Below, one piece after another: positions 39,701 to 50,743 of a stretch of 64,000 nt of DNA. The notes below the pieces were generated by a model, which saw nothing but the letters and a program-made list of their open reading frames with translations, had not been told where the DNA came from and did not search any database. Both the position numbers and the translations under genes were made by a program. This stretch comes from Macrostomum lignano (lineage: Eukaryota), in the NCBI GenBank assembly GCA_002269645.1, contig NIVC01003506.1, forward strand, positions 30,462 to 94,461, in the 5' to 3' direction. How positions within the stretch are numbered: position 1 is the stretch's first letter; every line of letters starts with the position of its first letter.

Positions 39701-41750
39701 TATCTGAGGCAGTTCTTGTGGCGTCGCCATCGCCTCGGAGGCTGACCAGCTGCAGCTGGGAGCCGCCCTGCGCCATGCCCGCAGCTGGGTCCTCTGCGCT
39801 GGGCAGGCTTTCAGTCTTGTTGAAAGCATTTTTTTAAGAAAACGGTTACAACATCCTCTCAATACTACCTAGTGAAGTATTTATTGTTTTATCATAACTT
39901 AAACTCACAAGGGTTTTACGTTGATTGCCTTAAGAATTTGATTTTTTCTACTTTATAAAGTTTCTAAAAAAAAAAAAAACGATTGTGTCAAGCTTTTTAA
40001 ATCCCCAACCCTCCCAATTACCCCATTTTCCCAATCCACAAACTTCCCAATCCACAAACTTCCCAATCCACAAACTTCCTAATCCACAAACCTCACAATT
40101 CACAATCTTCCCAATCGACAAGCTTCCCAATCTACAAGCTTCCCAATCCAAAATCTTCCCAATCCAAAATCTTCCCAATCCACAATCTTCCCAATCCAAA
40201 ATCTTCCCAATCCAAAATCTTCCCAATCCAAAATCTTCCCAATCCACAATCTTCCCAATCCACAATCTTCCCAATCCAAAATATTTCCAATCCAAAATCT
40301 TCCCTTTTTAATTACTTCGATTCCTCAACCTGAAATCCGCAGCCGCGGCCGCAGCACTCAACAGAAAATGGATTGACAATAAATTTATGCAAAAGAGTGC
40401 AGGACAACACTGAAACTGAAAAACTAGGATTCTAATAATGCAACAACAATAATAAAATATTCAAAAGTACATCGTCTACTTCTCTCAAGACGAACTAAAA
40501 GGAAATTGAGGTACACGTAGACAACATTTAAATATTTAATATATTGCATTTTCTATAAACGTATGAGTGATGCGAGGTTGCCATAGCAACAAAGCCAGGC
40601 ACTCACTGCAGTCGAAGGCCAGCTGCCTGACCACCAGCCATCATGCCCTCCTCGGTCATGAGGCCGACTGCCTCTTCGGTCATGTGCTGGTCGTGCAACG
40701 CCTTCGAGTATGTGATGTTTTGACCAGGGTTACTTTTTTGGTAGCTGTTTTTGAAGCTTACTACTTACAGTAGGTGAAAAGAGAATTAAAAACACGAAAA
40801 ACTATTTTTAGGACTATTAGAAGATACTATACTTGTCTTTCATGTATAAGGATTTCCTTGGGTCAGGCATCTGTGCTCATGGTAGGAAATCGCACATGCC
40901 CCAGTCAGGAATGTGTGCTCATGTGAGGGAATCGCACATGCCCCAGTCAGGAATGTGTGCTCATGTGAGGGAATCGCACATGCCCCAGTCAGGAATGTGT
41001 GCTCATGTGAGGGAATCGCACATGCCCCAGTCAGGAATGTGTGCTCATGTGAGGGAATCGCACATGCCCCAGTCAGGAATGTGTGCTCATGTGAGGGAAT
41101 CGCACATGCCCCAGTCAGGAATGTGTGCTCATGTGAGGGAATCGCACATGCCCCAGTCAGGAATGTGTGCTCATGTGAGGGAATCGCACATGCCCCAGTC
41201 AGGAATGTGGGCTCATGTGAGGGAATCGCACATGCCCCAGTAAGGCAGAGTGCAGAGCAACTGGGAATTATTCCACCCGTTTCCAGATGTACTTTTGCAA
41301 ATAGCCACACCGCTACCGCCCGCTCACCTCTTCAAAGAAGGTCTGCGTCTTGCGCAGGATGTGCTTCAGCTCGGTGAGTTCCAGGAAATTCTTCTTCAAC
41401 GATTCGGCGTAGGCGTTCACCTCGCGAAGCTCGTTCTCCAGCTTCTCCAGGGTGGCCTCCAGATCGACCATCTCGCGCGGGTTCGGAGCCTCGGGGTTGT
41501 CGCCGGTGTCAAGGATGGGGATGCCGTCTTTGCGGATCTCCTTCTCCAGGTAGCGCAGCTTCCGCTCCATCTCGTCGCAGCGGCGGATTTCGTTGACAAA
41601 TTTCCTCTGGAAGGCGTTGGTGTCGGGCTTGAGGTCGCGGAACTGCACCAGGCCGAGCTCCCCCAGCTCCGACACGCAGGCGTAGGCAGCTTCAGCCTGC
41701 AGGAACAGTTGGCAGAGGGTCATCTCCTGACTGCGGAACAGGTCGCCCAT
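33772..41750 (-). CDS. ATP6V0A1: V-type proton ATPase 116-kDa subunit a (V0 a1-like), ~863 aa
   Basis: Exons 41750-41328, 40701-40607 (or 39815-39625), 38354-37788, 37519-37184, 36680-36238, 35296-34944, 34146-33772, all phase-compatible. Hallmarks [60 protein letters not shown] (essential Arg), LRLHWVEF. Family is certain; the a1 paralog label is approximate. Confidence 0.95.
34175..34935. repeat. 25-bp minisatellite (GTGACAGTCAGGCTGGTGACACTGT) filling nearly the whole intron
   Basis: Direct reading. Confidence 0.95.
35400..36230. repeat. Compound 21-bp (TTAGATCTCTAACAGCCTTGC) and 24-bp (TCTAACACCCTTTAACCGCAGATG) intronic minisatellites
   Basis: Related units sharing TCTAAC; array abuts the donor at 36237. 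Confidence 0.92.
36880..37120. repeat. 7-bp-based intronic repeat (AAATCCC/AGATCCC)
   Basis: Direct reading. Confidence 0.8.
37575..37730. repeat. 23-bp intronic minisatellite (CACAATCTGTGAATGATGGAGTT)
   Basis: Direct reading. Confidence 0.85.
39000..39520. repeat. ~19-bp CA-rich minisatellite (CACACAGGCACCGACACTG); duplicated at ~47995-48510
   Basis: Direct reading. Confidence 0.9.
39625..39815 (-). CDS. Candidate alternative V-ATPase a linker exon 2b ([14 protein letters not shown]...GGLKHLQF)
   Basis: 191 nt, acceptor TTCAACAAG, donor GTGAGA, phase 0 to 2, stop-free GC-rich island in an intron. Confidence 0.6.
40020..40305. repeat. 16-bp minisatellite (TCCCAATCCAAAATCT); duplicated at ~49010-49295
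   Basis: Direct reading. Confidence 0.9.
40607..40701 (-). CDS. V-ATPase a linker exon 2a ([31 protein letters not shown])
   Basis: 95 nt, AG...GTGAGT, phase 0 to 2; ends in the LRL motif that normally precedes (F)VAGVI. Confidence 0.8.
40880..41240. repeat. 42-bp minisatellite (CACATGCCCCAGTCAGGAATGTGTGCTCATGTGAGGGAATCG); duplicated at ~49875-50235
   Basis: Direct reading; ~8 near-perfect units. Confidence 0.95.
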
Positions 41751-44061
41751 GGTTGCTGGTCAAACTGTTTTTACAAGTTCTGATGCAAGTAGAACTGCTG
41801 GGAACCAAATCTGAAGTTATATTCAATTTGTATGTAGATTTCCCCTAAAAAATCAATTCAGTTTTTAAAAAAGTTTAAATAAAAAATTTTAAGGACTTTC
41901 TTAATTATCTTGAAAGATTCTTATAAAAGTGAAAAACTGATTAAAAATGCCATTAAGGCAGTTTCTGTGAGTGCTGTACTTTGGTATACGATTTTTAATC
42001 TCACTATTTGAAGCAGTTACAATGCATTTTAATAAAAAATTTTTATTATATTCTAGATATAATAAAAGCTTACAAAAGTTAGATATTGCACTGGTATAAT
42101 TTTCAATATAGCAGCTAAATTTCAAAGGGAAACCCAATTCAATTTTCTGCTACAATTTTAAAATAAATAGATAACCTTTAAAATTAAATACTAATACTAA
42201 TAAGTAGATCATAGATATATCTTAGATCTATAACTTAAAATAAAACCATTACATTAGTACTTGTTGACTTGGACCAAATGTAACAGAAGGATTTTAGAGG
42301 CCTTCGAACCAAAATTTGGCTCCTTGGATCACAGCACACTATTTTATTAGCACTATAGCAAATTGTCAAAATGTCGAAAACTTTGATTTAACTCAAGAAT
42401 ATAAAAGTTTTGTGATATTGATATATAAAGCTATAGAGTTATCTGTGAACCTATCTATAACTCAAAGGAATATATAAAAAGATTATAGGTAGCAAGTGTC
42501 ATGAATAAGTATCATAGCTTCATGAAAATTGTACTTTAACTTTCACCAAACCATTAGAATAAGTGTCAAAATACACTTCCTTCAATTAATCATTGATAAC
42601 ATAACAGTGTTCAACTGACAAGAAATAAAAATTTTACCAGAAAAATGTGTTTTCCAATGACCTCAAGTATGCTGAAATGCCAGAAAACACTATTTACTCA
42701 AGCATATAAAGCATAAACCAGAAGCAGCTACAGTGATCCACAAAATTTTGCATTCGAAGAAAAAAAATAAGATTTTATTAAAAATCTAAAATGTTTAATT
42801 TGCCTCATCGCGGCGATAATTTCACGTATACAAACAAAGTTTTAAAATAATTATTTGTCGCTAAAGCGCAAAGTCTAACGCGCAAGTATATAGTTTTTCT
42901 AAGGTTTTTATTGCAATCGATACGTTTACATTTACTTTACAACTCTTAGTGGTTGATGTTGACGCTGCTTCAACAACGGCAGATTTAAATTGCGTAATGA
43001 TGCAGGTTTTTTAATTATTTTATATCGACGCTAAAAACGATATAGTTCGCAAATAATCTTGATTTTGTGTCTAAAAATAACCATCTTCATAAAAAATGCT
43101 TTTTGTGTTTGTTAGCCATCAATAGAGCAAAACTTCTATACAAACATTCTCAATGAATCATTCAATACGAGTCATACTTGAAAATTAAGATCATGAAGAA
43201 GGAGCACTGTCGAAATATGTAACAGTTTAGTTGATTATATGTTGCTCTCGAACTCGAAACGGAAAACACTGTTCATTTTTTAATTAGTACATAAGTTTAA
43301 TTTGATTTTGAAGTTCATATTTACCGTGTCAACTTCAATTAGTTTGAGTTTAGTATTGCCTAACATTATTTAGCGGAATGGGCGACGCTCGCCTCCCCGC
43401 TGCATCTTCGGACCGCCCTGCAGCTGCCTAACATTATTTCCAATTAATTCATGTTCCTTTTTAAGTTGTTACATGTTGCAATGCTTTATGTTAAAAATAG
43501 AATTTTAAGAACTCAGCATCAATTTTCAGGAGTTAAAAGCATTGGCCTTCAACCTTAGTAGAAAATTTTTTTAATATTATTCCTTGCCATCATTTTAACA
43601 GCAGCATTTATGCAAACTTATATTTTAAAAATAGGGACTAAACTATGCCCTAAATCATAAAAAAGGAAAAGTAACTTTCATAGAAATGAAATACAACCTT
43701 TTGGGTGCGTGTATAGGCATGCTTTTGATTCATATTATTTTTAATTGACTGAGGGTTAATGAAGTTATATTTCAAATATTTTTTTCCTTATTTTAAGCGC
43801 TCTAATATTGGTAAAAATTATTTTTTTAATTATGGTGAAAAATCTCCCACGTGGTATTTTAGGATTCGATCAGGCCGGTCAGAATTTTAATAACCTAAGT
43901 TGATTCATTCCCACAGAACCCAGAGCTGTTAGGTCACTGCAGCTCTATTTCTATTAAGCCACAGCACAGAGAGACCCAATAAGTCAGGCACAATGGAAGT
44001 GGAGGTGGCTCATCCCTCCCAGCCTAACGCTAGCAGATTTGACGAGTCAGCAGCCGCCGCC
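41751..44061. promoter_or_regulatory. AT-rich head-to-head intergenic region between V-ATPase a and CCDC180 (putative shared promoter); duplicated at 50744-53054
   Basis: Divergent start codons 2.3 kb apart; no specific motif demonstrated. Confidence 0.45.
43372..43424. mobile_element. 53-bp GC-rich insertion flanked by a 15-bp direct repeat (TGCCTAACATTATTT)
   Basis: Direct repeat at 43357-43371 and 43425-43439; second copy at +8993. Confidence 0.55.
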
Positions 44062-44884
44062 ATGTCGCTGCCGCAGCCGCCGGCGCCGCAGCAGCGGTCG
44101 GGCAACACGCGCAGCGGCCACACCAGCCTGCAGCAGAAGCGTCCAGCGCCCGTCGATGGCTCCAAAATTCTGCGTAACGATGAAGTTTACCGCCAGCTGT
44201 TCGAGGCGCAGGTGCAGCTCACGGATCAGCTGGCCGGCACCCGGTGGTGGCGCGAGAACAAGCCGGCCGTGAAGCAGGTGAAGTCCTCCCGGGACCTCAG
44301 CCTGCCGGTGGTCCGCAACGCCGCCCCAGCCACCAGCCGCGGCATGCTGGCCGGCCGTCAGGCCGATTGGACGCGCGCCTTGGAGAACGACGGCCGCACG
44401 GAGAACCCGGTTGTGGCCAGGCAGACGGCGGAGTGGCTGGACCTGGTGTCGGCCGAGACCGAGTCCGGCCAGCACGCCACCGAGGTGGCCGACCTGCCCG
44501 ATCAGGTGAGCTGAAACATTCAAGCTGGCTGTAGGACACCGAAAACTTGAGCACCATCATGGATACGGAAGCAAAAGCCCCGGGCCGAACCCACTGAAAT
44601 CGATAGTTTGTCGGGCCACTCGGCTAAAGAAAGGCCATAAAGACCAACAGCACTTGGCGTGACTCAAGACGCTAAGCAGTTGAATGGGAGTTTTAATAAA
44701 TAAGCATTTTAATCTCGCCGAAGAGTCGTAGTGCAGATCATTGAGTATTGCAAGTACTCTCGTGCATGTAGACAGTCGAGATTGGTGTTTCTGTCCGATC
44801 GGATGTCCGATGTCCGTGTGACTCTACTATAAATTTTTTGTTTCATTCTATAGCCTTAAGTTGGTAGCCTATGGTCGTAGTCTA

Positions 44885-45190
44885 GAGGGGTTTTAGCCGA
44901 GTGTTTAGAGTGTCTGACTTAAACAACTGAAAGGTCGAAGGTTCGATTCTCGACCCACTTGGAACAATTTGTGTCGTTGAGCAAGACACTTAACTCTGCA
45001 TTGCATCAGTTCAGTTGTAATATGGGTGCCAGCATTAGCTGGGGGTAAGTGAGGGTGTGCATGTGTGGTGACTTCCCGGTCCTTCAACTGAACAGCCGTA
45101 CGCATCCTTCAGATGCGCTGCGTAATAGCTGCGGCTGAGCTGTCGGTTGCACGTCTGCACATTAGGGCAGGTGTACTCAATCTCAACTTA
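44885..45190 (+). mobile_element. tRNA-derived SINE with V/Meta-type central domain (diverged copy); duplicated at 53878-54180
   Basis: Degenerate A/B boxes, GTGTCGTTGAGCAAGACACTTAACTCTGCATTGC core, co-linear with the copy at 59349. Confidence 0.8.
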
Positions 45191-46479
45191 GGGCAGGTTC
45201 ACCCGCTCTGCTCTGAGGGATGTCGAAGAATTCATAATCGGTCTTCTTCAAACACCAACATCCCAGGTCCGACCGTCAAAACTGCGCTCCGACGTGATCG
45301 ACCGGATCAAAGAGAAGCGACGCGAACGACACAACCTCACACTGGAGGAGATGCACCAGGAGCTCTATCAGGTCGGCGTCACCTTCGAGCCGCTGATTGT
45401 CCAGCGTTGCCAGAGCCTACACGAGACGCTGGCCAAGCTCGAGGAGGAGCTGGACCGTCGGCTGAGCCCGCTGGCGACCAACGAGTCGCTGATGGCGCTG
45501 GACCAGCACCAGCTGCTCGGCCTGTGGCAGGGCGTCGCGGAGGTCTTCGCCGATAGACGCAACGCCATCGGCAGCCTCGACGAAGACCTGCTGGGTGAGC
45601 GGTGCCGGGTTTCAGAACTCATATCATCTGCAGATTTTTCTACAAATGTTACCTCAAACATCTCAGAACTTCCCATATCCTGGATGATTTATTTTGTTAA
45701 ATGTACAATTTTATTGGAAGATTCGAGTCCCCACTTCTCCCCCGTGTAGAGTGTGGTGTTTCGGGAAATAAGTTCGCAATGAGCTGCACGTCTTTCCTGG
45801 AAATATTTCATCTTATTTACATTTAGATCGGCTGCTTAATTTCTAAGAAAACGCACTCGAAAGGCTTAATTTCATTAAAGTCATTAATTCTGGATGTTCT
45901 GTGTCTTGGAAATCTCATGCATCGCATACTCATCGAAATAAGTGCATTCTGAAACCTGAATTTCCTGGAAAATATTTCGCACGCGTTTTGAATGATTTTC
46001 AAGCCTCAAACCCCGCCCCAGCCCTGGAGTCCGACCGGGTCACCGAGATCCGCCGGGTGTTCCACTCCTACAGCGAGGTCCTGGAACGCGTCAGCCACCT
46101 GGCGCCAGCCGAGCTGCACCGGATCGTGGACGACGAGGCTGTGCAGATGAACCAGACCCTGCTGGGCAACCAGCGCAGCTTCGCGGACCTCAACGCTCGA
46201 TTGGTCATGTCCGAGCTGGACAGAGAGCGCCGGATGCGCGCCCATTGGCAGGACAAAATTACCGAGTGGCGCGCCGGACACGTGGAGGTCGCCGTGGCCG
46301 GATTTCATCAGTTCGTGCAGAGCCCGCAGGTAAGATTCAATTAGCTCCTATTGGTGCCTTATCTTGCCGATCAAATGATCAAATCTTGCTGATCAAATGC
46401 CGAGCTAGCAATTTTTAGAATCGTAACTACAAGTGCATGTGTTTTTTCTATTTTCTCAAGCCTTTGATGTGCCACCAAA

Positions 46480-46712
46480 ATCCACCTCGAATGCTTTGAT
46501 ATGCCGCCACGAACATCTCAAATCCTTTTATATGCCGCCATGAACGCCTCAAATCTTGTGATGTGCCGCCACTTTTCCTCAAATCATTTGATGTACCGCC
46601 TCGATCCACCTCGAATGCTTTGATGTGCCGCCTCGATCCACCTCGAATCCTTTGATGTGCCGCCTCGATCCACCTCGAATCCTTTGGTGTGCCGCCTCGA
46701 TCCACCTCGAAT
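46480..46712. repeat. ~32-bp intronic minisatellite (CCTCGATCCACCTCGAATCCTTTGATGTGCCG); duplicated at ~55470-55705
   Basis: Direct reading. Confidence 0.85.
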
Positions 46713-47106
46713 CCTGTGACCCACCCCGCACTCCAGGTACAGTCCCCGCCCAGCCTGGAGTCCATCCTAAGCAACATGCGCGCCGAGCAGTCCGAGATCA
46801 ACTCCCGCCGACTCGAACTCATCGAGGAGTTGAGCAGCTTAGCCCCGCCCAACGCCTGCAAGTCTGGGGTGGCTGCCTGGCACCAAAAAATGCAGCAAGT
46901 CTGCAAGATGCTGGTACGTGGCAATCTGCTGTTCTACTAATTAGACTACTAATAGTAACGTGAGGCAACACTCTAAAGCGCAGGGTGCACACCTGCCCCT
47001 GAATTTCTCACGAGGCCTATGGCTACGGACTCTTTAGAGTATAAACTGATGGAAAGTTTTTGAAGGCCTAATTGGCGTAAACCATTAAAAACCTCTAAGA
47101 CTCAAT

Positions 47107-47318
47107 CAGTGGCGTGCCCAGGAGTTTTCATTGGAGGGAGTCGCAACCCTAAAGGGCGCCAGCCAATATTTGGTGTCTTGGCGTGCGCGTCCTTACCCCA
47201 GTCTCTCAGGCCGGTGGATGCCACGTCCTAAGACAGCTTAGCTGACTCTTTCAATCTGTTTTTTTAAGAAGCGCAATTTTGAATTGGGGCGATTGGCCCA
47301 AGGTTGCGCAGGCCACTG
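47107..47318. mobile_element. hAT-like MITE (CAGTGGC[G/C]TGC TIR); duplicated at 56101-56310
   Basis: CAGTGGCGTGC ... GCAGGCCACTG; flanks GACTCAAT and (G)GGCTCAAT approximate an 8-bp TSD. Confidence 0.55.
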
Positions 47319-48617
47319 GGGCTCAATGAAGACTTGCCTTGATGATGAAAGCTCTTACTGTAGTAAACTTACGAAACGGGAGACTAAAAAACAACGCATT
47401 GCATCCACTGCGGCTTCAGACGAGACCAACCAGAAGTACCTGCAGCAGGTGTACGAAGACTACGAGAGAGTCTGCCAGCACTGCCTGGAGGCCATAAATG
47501 CTAGATAATCGTTGCTAAGGGAAATCCCAATGCTAGACATTAGTTGCTAAGGGAAATCCAAATGCTAGATAATGGTTGCTAACGGAAATCCCAATGTCAA
47601 ATGATGGTTGCTAAGGGAAATTCAATATGGTTGCTAAGGGCAGTTTCTTATGGTTGCTAAGGGGAATCCCAATGTCACAATGTCCCAATCCCAAGGAGGA
47701 AGGAGAACTCTACCAATTTTATTGAGCAGCTAGCTGATTTTTGCCAAGGAAATTCTTCTAAACTGTTTTGATCCCTCCGTCTGTACAAAAAGCTTTACGA
47801 TGTGGGTATAAAAGGAATATTTAGATTGCTAAATTTCTGCACAAAAGTAAAAACAGTCTCAATAGAGCTTTGCCCAGCAAAGTGAAATAAAGATGTGCAC
47901 ACCGAGCACTGCAGAGGTTAAAATGAGTAATGAAGGTGCGAGCCCAACGCAAACGAATAAAATATTCCTGCTGTAAAATCGTGTAAAAATGCACACACAC
48001 GGGCACTGACACTGCACACACACGGGCACTGACACTGCACACAGGCACTGACACAGCACACAGGCACCGACACTGCACACAGGCACCGACACTGCACACA
48101 CAGGCACTGACACTGCACGCACAGGCACTGACACAGCACACAGGCACCGACACTGCACACAGGCACCGACACTGCACACACAGGCACCGACACTGCACAC
48201 ACACGGGCACTGACACTGCACACAGGCACTGACACAGCACACAGGCACCGACACTGCACACACAGGCACCGACACTGCACACACACGGGCACTGACACTG
48301 CACACAGGCACTGACACAGCACACAGGCACCGACACTGCACACACAGGCATCGACACTGCACACAGGCATCGACACTGCACACAGGCATCGACACTGCAC
48401 ACAGGCATCGACACTGCACACGCAGGCATCGACACTGCACACACAGGCACCGACACTGCACACAGGCACCGACACTGCACACAGGCACCGACACTGCACA
48501 CACAGGCACTGGTACCAGGGATAAAAGTCAGCACAGCTGAGGATCACAAATCAAAGTCATTATGTATCAGCAAAAGCCACATCAAAGATTCCCCAAGCAG
48601 TCAGTTGCAGGTCTCAC

Positions 48618-50743
48618 TCAAACTGCAAATGCTTTAATCCGCCGATGTCGCTGCCACCATTATTACTACTATCGCCGCCATCCACAGCAGTAGTATCTGA
48701 GGCAGTTCTTGTGGCGTCGCCATCGCCTCGGAGGCTGACCAGCTGCAGCTGGGAGCCGCCCTGCGCCATGCCCGCAGCTGGGTCCTCTGCGCTGGGCAGG
48801 CTTTCAGTCTTGTTGAAAGCATTTTTTTAAGAAAACGGTTACAACATCCTCTCAATACTACCTAGTGAAGTATTTATTGTTTTATCATAACTTAAACTCA
48901 CAAGGGTTTTACGTTGATTGCCTTAAGAATTTGATTTTTTCTACTTTATAAAGTTTCTAAAATAAAAAAAAACGATTGTGTCAAGCTTTTTAAATCCCCA
49001 ACCCTCCCAATTACCCCATTTTCCCAATCCACAAACTTCCCAATCCACAAACTTCCCAATCCACAAACTTCCTAATCCACAAACCTCACAATCCAAAATC
49101 TTCCCAATCGACAAGCTTCCCAATCTACAAGCTTCCCAATCCAAAATCTTCCCAATCCAAAATCTTCCCAATCCACAATCTTCCCAATCCAAAATCTTCC
49201 CAATCCAAAATCTTCCCAATCCAAAATCTTCCCAATCCACAATCTTCCCAATCCACAATCTTCCCAATCCAAAATATTTCCAATCCAAAATCTTCCCTTT
49301 TTAATTACTTCGATTCCTCAACCTGAAATCCGCAGCCGCGGCCGCAGCACTCAACAGAAAATGGATTGACAATAAATTTATGCAAAAGAGTGCAGGACAA
49401 CACTGAAACTGAAAAACTAGGATTCTAATAATGCAACAACAATAATAAAATATTCAAAAGTACATCGTCTACTTCTCTCAAGACGAACTAAAAGGAAATT
49501 GAGGTACACGTAGACAACATTTAAATATTTAATATATTGCATTTTCTATAAACGTATGAGTGATGCGAGGTTGCCATAGCAACAAAGCCAGGCACTCACT
49601 GCAGTCGAAGGCCAGCTGCCTGACCACCAGCCATCATGCCCTCCTCGGTCATGAGGCCGACTGCCTCTTCGGTCATGTGCTGGTCGTGCAACGCCTTCGA
49701 GTATGTGATGTTTTGACCAGGGTTACTTTTTTGGTAGCTGTTTTTGAAGCTTACTACTTACAGTAGGTGAAAAGAGAATTAAAAACACGAAAAACTATTT
49801 TTAGGACTATTAGAAGATACTATACTTGTCTTTCATGTATAAGGATTTCCTTGGGTCAGGCATCTGTGCTCATGGTAGGAAATCGCACATGCCCCAGTCA
49901 GGAATGTGTGCTCATGTGAGGGAATCGCACATGCCCCAGTCAGGAATGTGTGCTCATGTGAGGGAATCGCACATGCCCCAGTCAGGAATGTGTGCTCATG
50001 TGAGGGAATCGCACATGCCCCAGTCAGGAATGTGTGCTCATGTGAGGGAATCGCACATGCCCCAGTCAGGAATGTGTGCTCATGTGAGGGAATCGCACAT
50101 GCCCCAGTCAGGAATGTGTGCTCATGTGAGGGAATCGCACATGCCCCAGTCAGGAATGTGTGCTCATGTGAGGGAATCGCACATGCCCCAGTCAGGAATG
50201 TGGGCTCATGTGAGGGAATCGCACATGCCCCAGTAAGGCAGAGTGCAGAGCAACTGGGAATTATTCCACCCGTTTCCAGATGTACTTTTGCAAATAGCCA
50301 CACCGCTACCGCCCGCTCACCTCTTCAAAGAAGGTCTGCGTCTTGCGCAGGATGTGCTTCAGCTCGGTGAGTTCCAGGAAATTCTTCTTCAACGATTCGG
50401 CGTAGGCGTTCACCTCGCGAAGCTCGTTCTCCAGCTTCTCCAGGGTGGCCTCCAGATCGACCATCTCGCGCGGGTTCGGAGCCTCGGGGTTGTCGCCGGT
50501 GTCAAGGATGGGGATGCCGTCTTTGCGGATCTCCTTCTCCAGGTAGCGCAGCTTCCGCTCCATCTCGTCGCAGCGGCGGATTTCGTTGACAAATTTCCTC
50601 TGGAAGGCGTTGGTGTCGGGCTTGAGGTCGCGGAACTGCACCAGGCCGAGCTCCCCCAGCTCCGACACGCAGGCGTAGGCAGCTTCAGCCTGCAGGAACA
50701 GTTGGCAGAGGGTCATCTCCTGACTGCGGAACAGGTCGCCCAT
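48618..50743 (-). pseudogene. ATP6V0A1: 5'-only duplicate of V-ATPase a (exon 1 at 50743-50321, 2a at 49694-49600, 2b at 48808-48618)
   Basis: Identical translation to copy 1; no downstream exons before the junction at 47496. Confidence 0.8.

Larger units (their letters stand above)
38503..47495. repeat. Tandem segmental duplication, copy 1 (8993 bp)
   Basis: Near-identical to 47496-56486; ORF track offsets of 8992-8993 throughout. Confidence 0.97.
44062..47508 (+). pseudogene. CCDC180: 5'-only truncated copy of CCDC180 (exons 1-4 and part of 5)
   Basis: Exons 44062-44505, 45267-45594, 46022-46329, 46737-46913, 47420-47495. Cut at the duplication junction with stops at 47495-47497 or 47506-47508 depending on frame; exon-4 terminal G missing relative to copy 2. 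Confidence 0.8.

Noticed and set aside
40316-40329. 14-nt V-ATPase microexon (VEES, phase 0 to 2, TTTCAG...GTAATT)
   Set aside because: Phase fits as a third alternative, but it would leave an implausibly short linker and such signals arise by chance; needs junction reads
43993-44061. Track start MEVEVAHP for CCDC180 (also 52986), and MLLCLC at 10511 for the zinc-finger gene
   Set aside because: These extensions cross branch-point/acceptor sequences; the downstream ATGs (44062/53055, 10448) have better context
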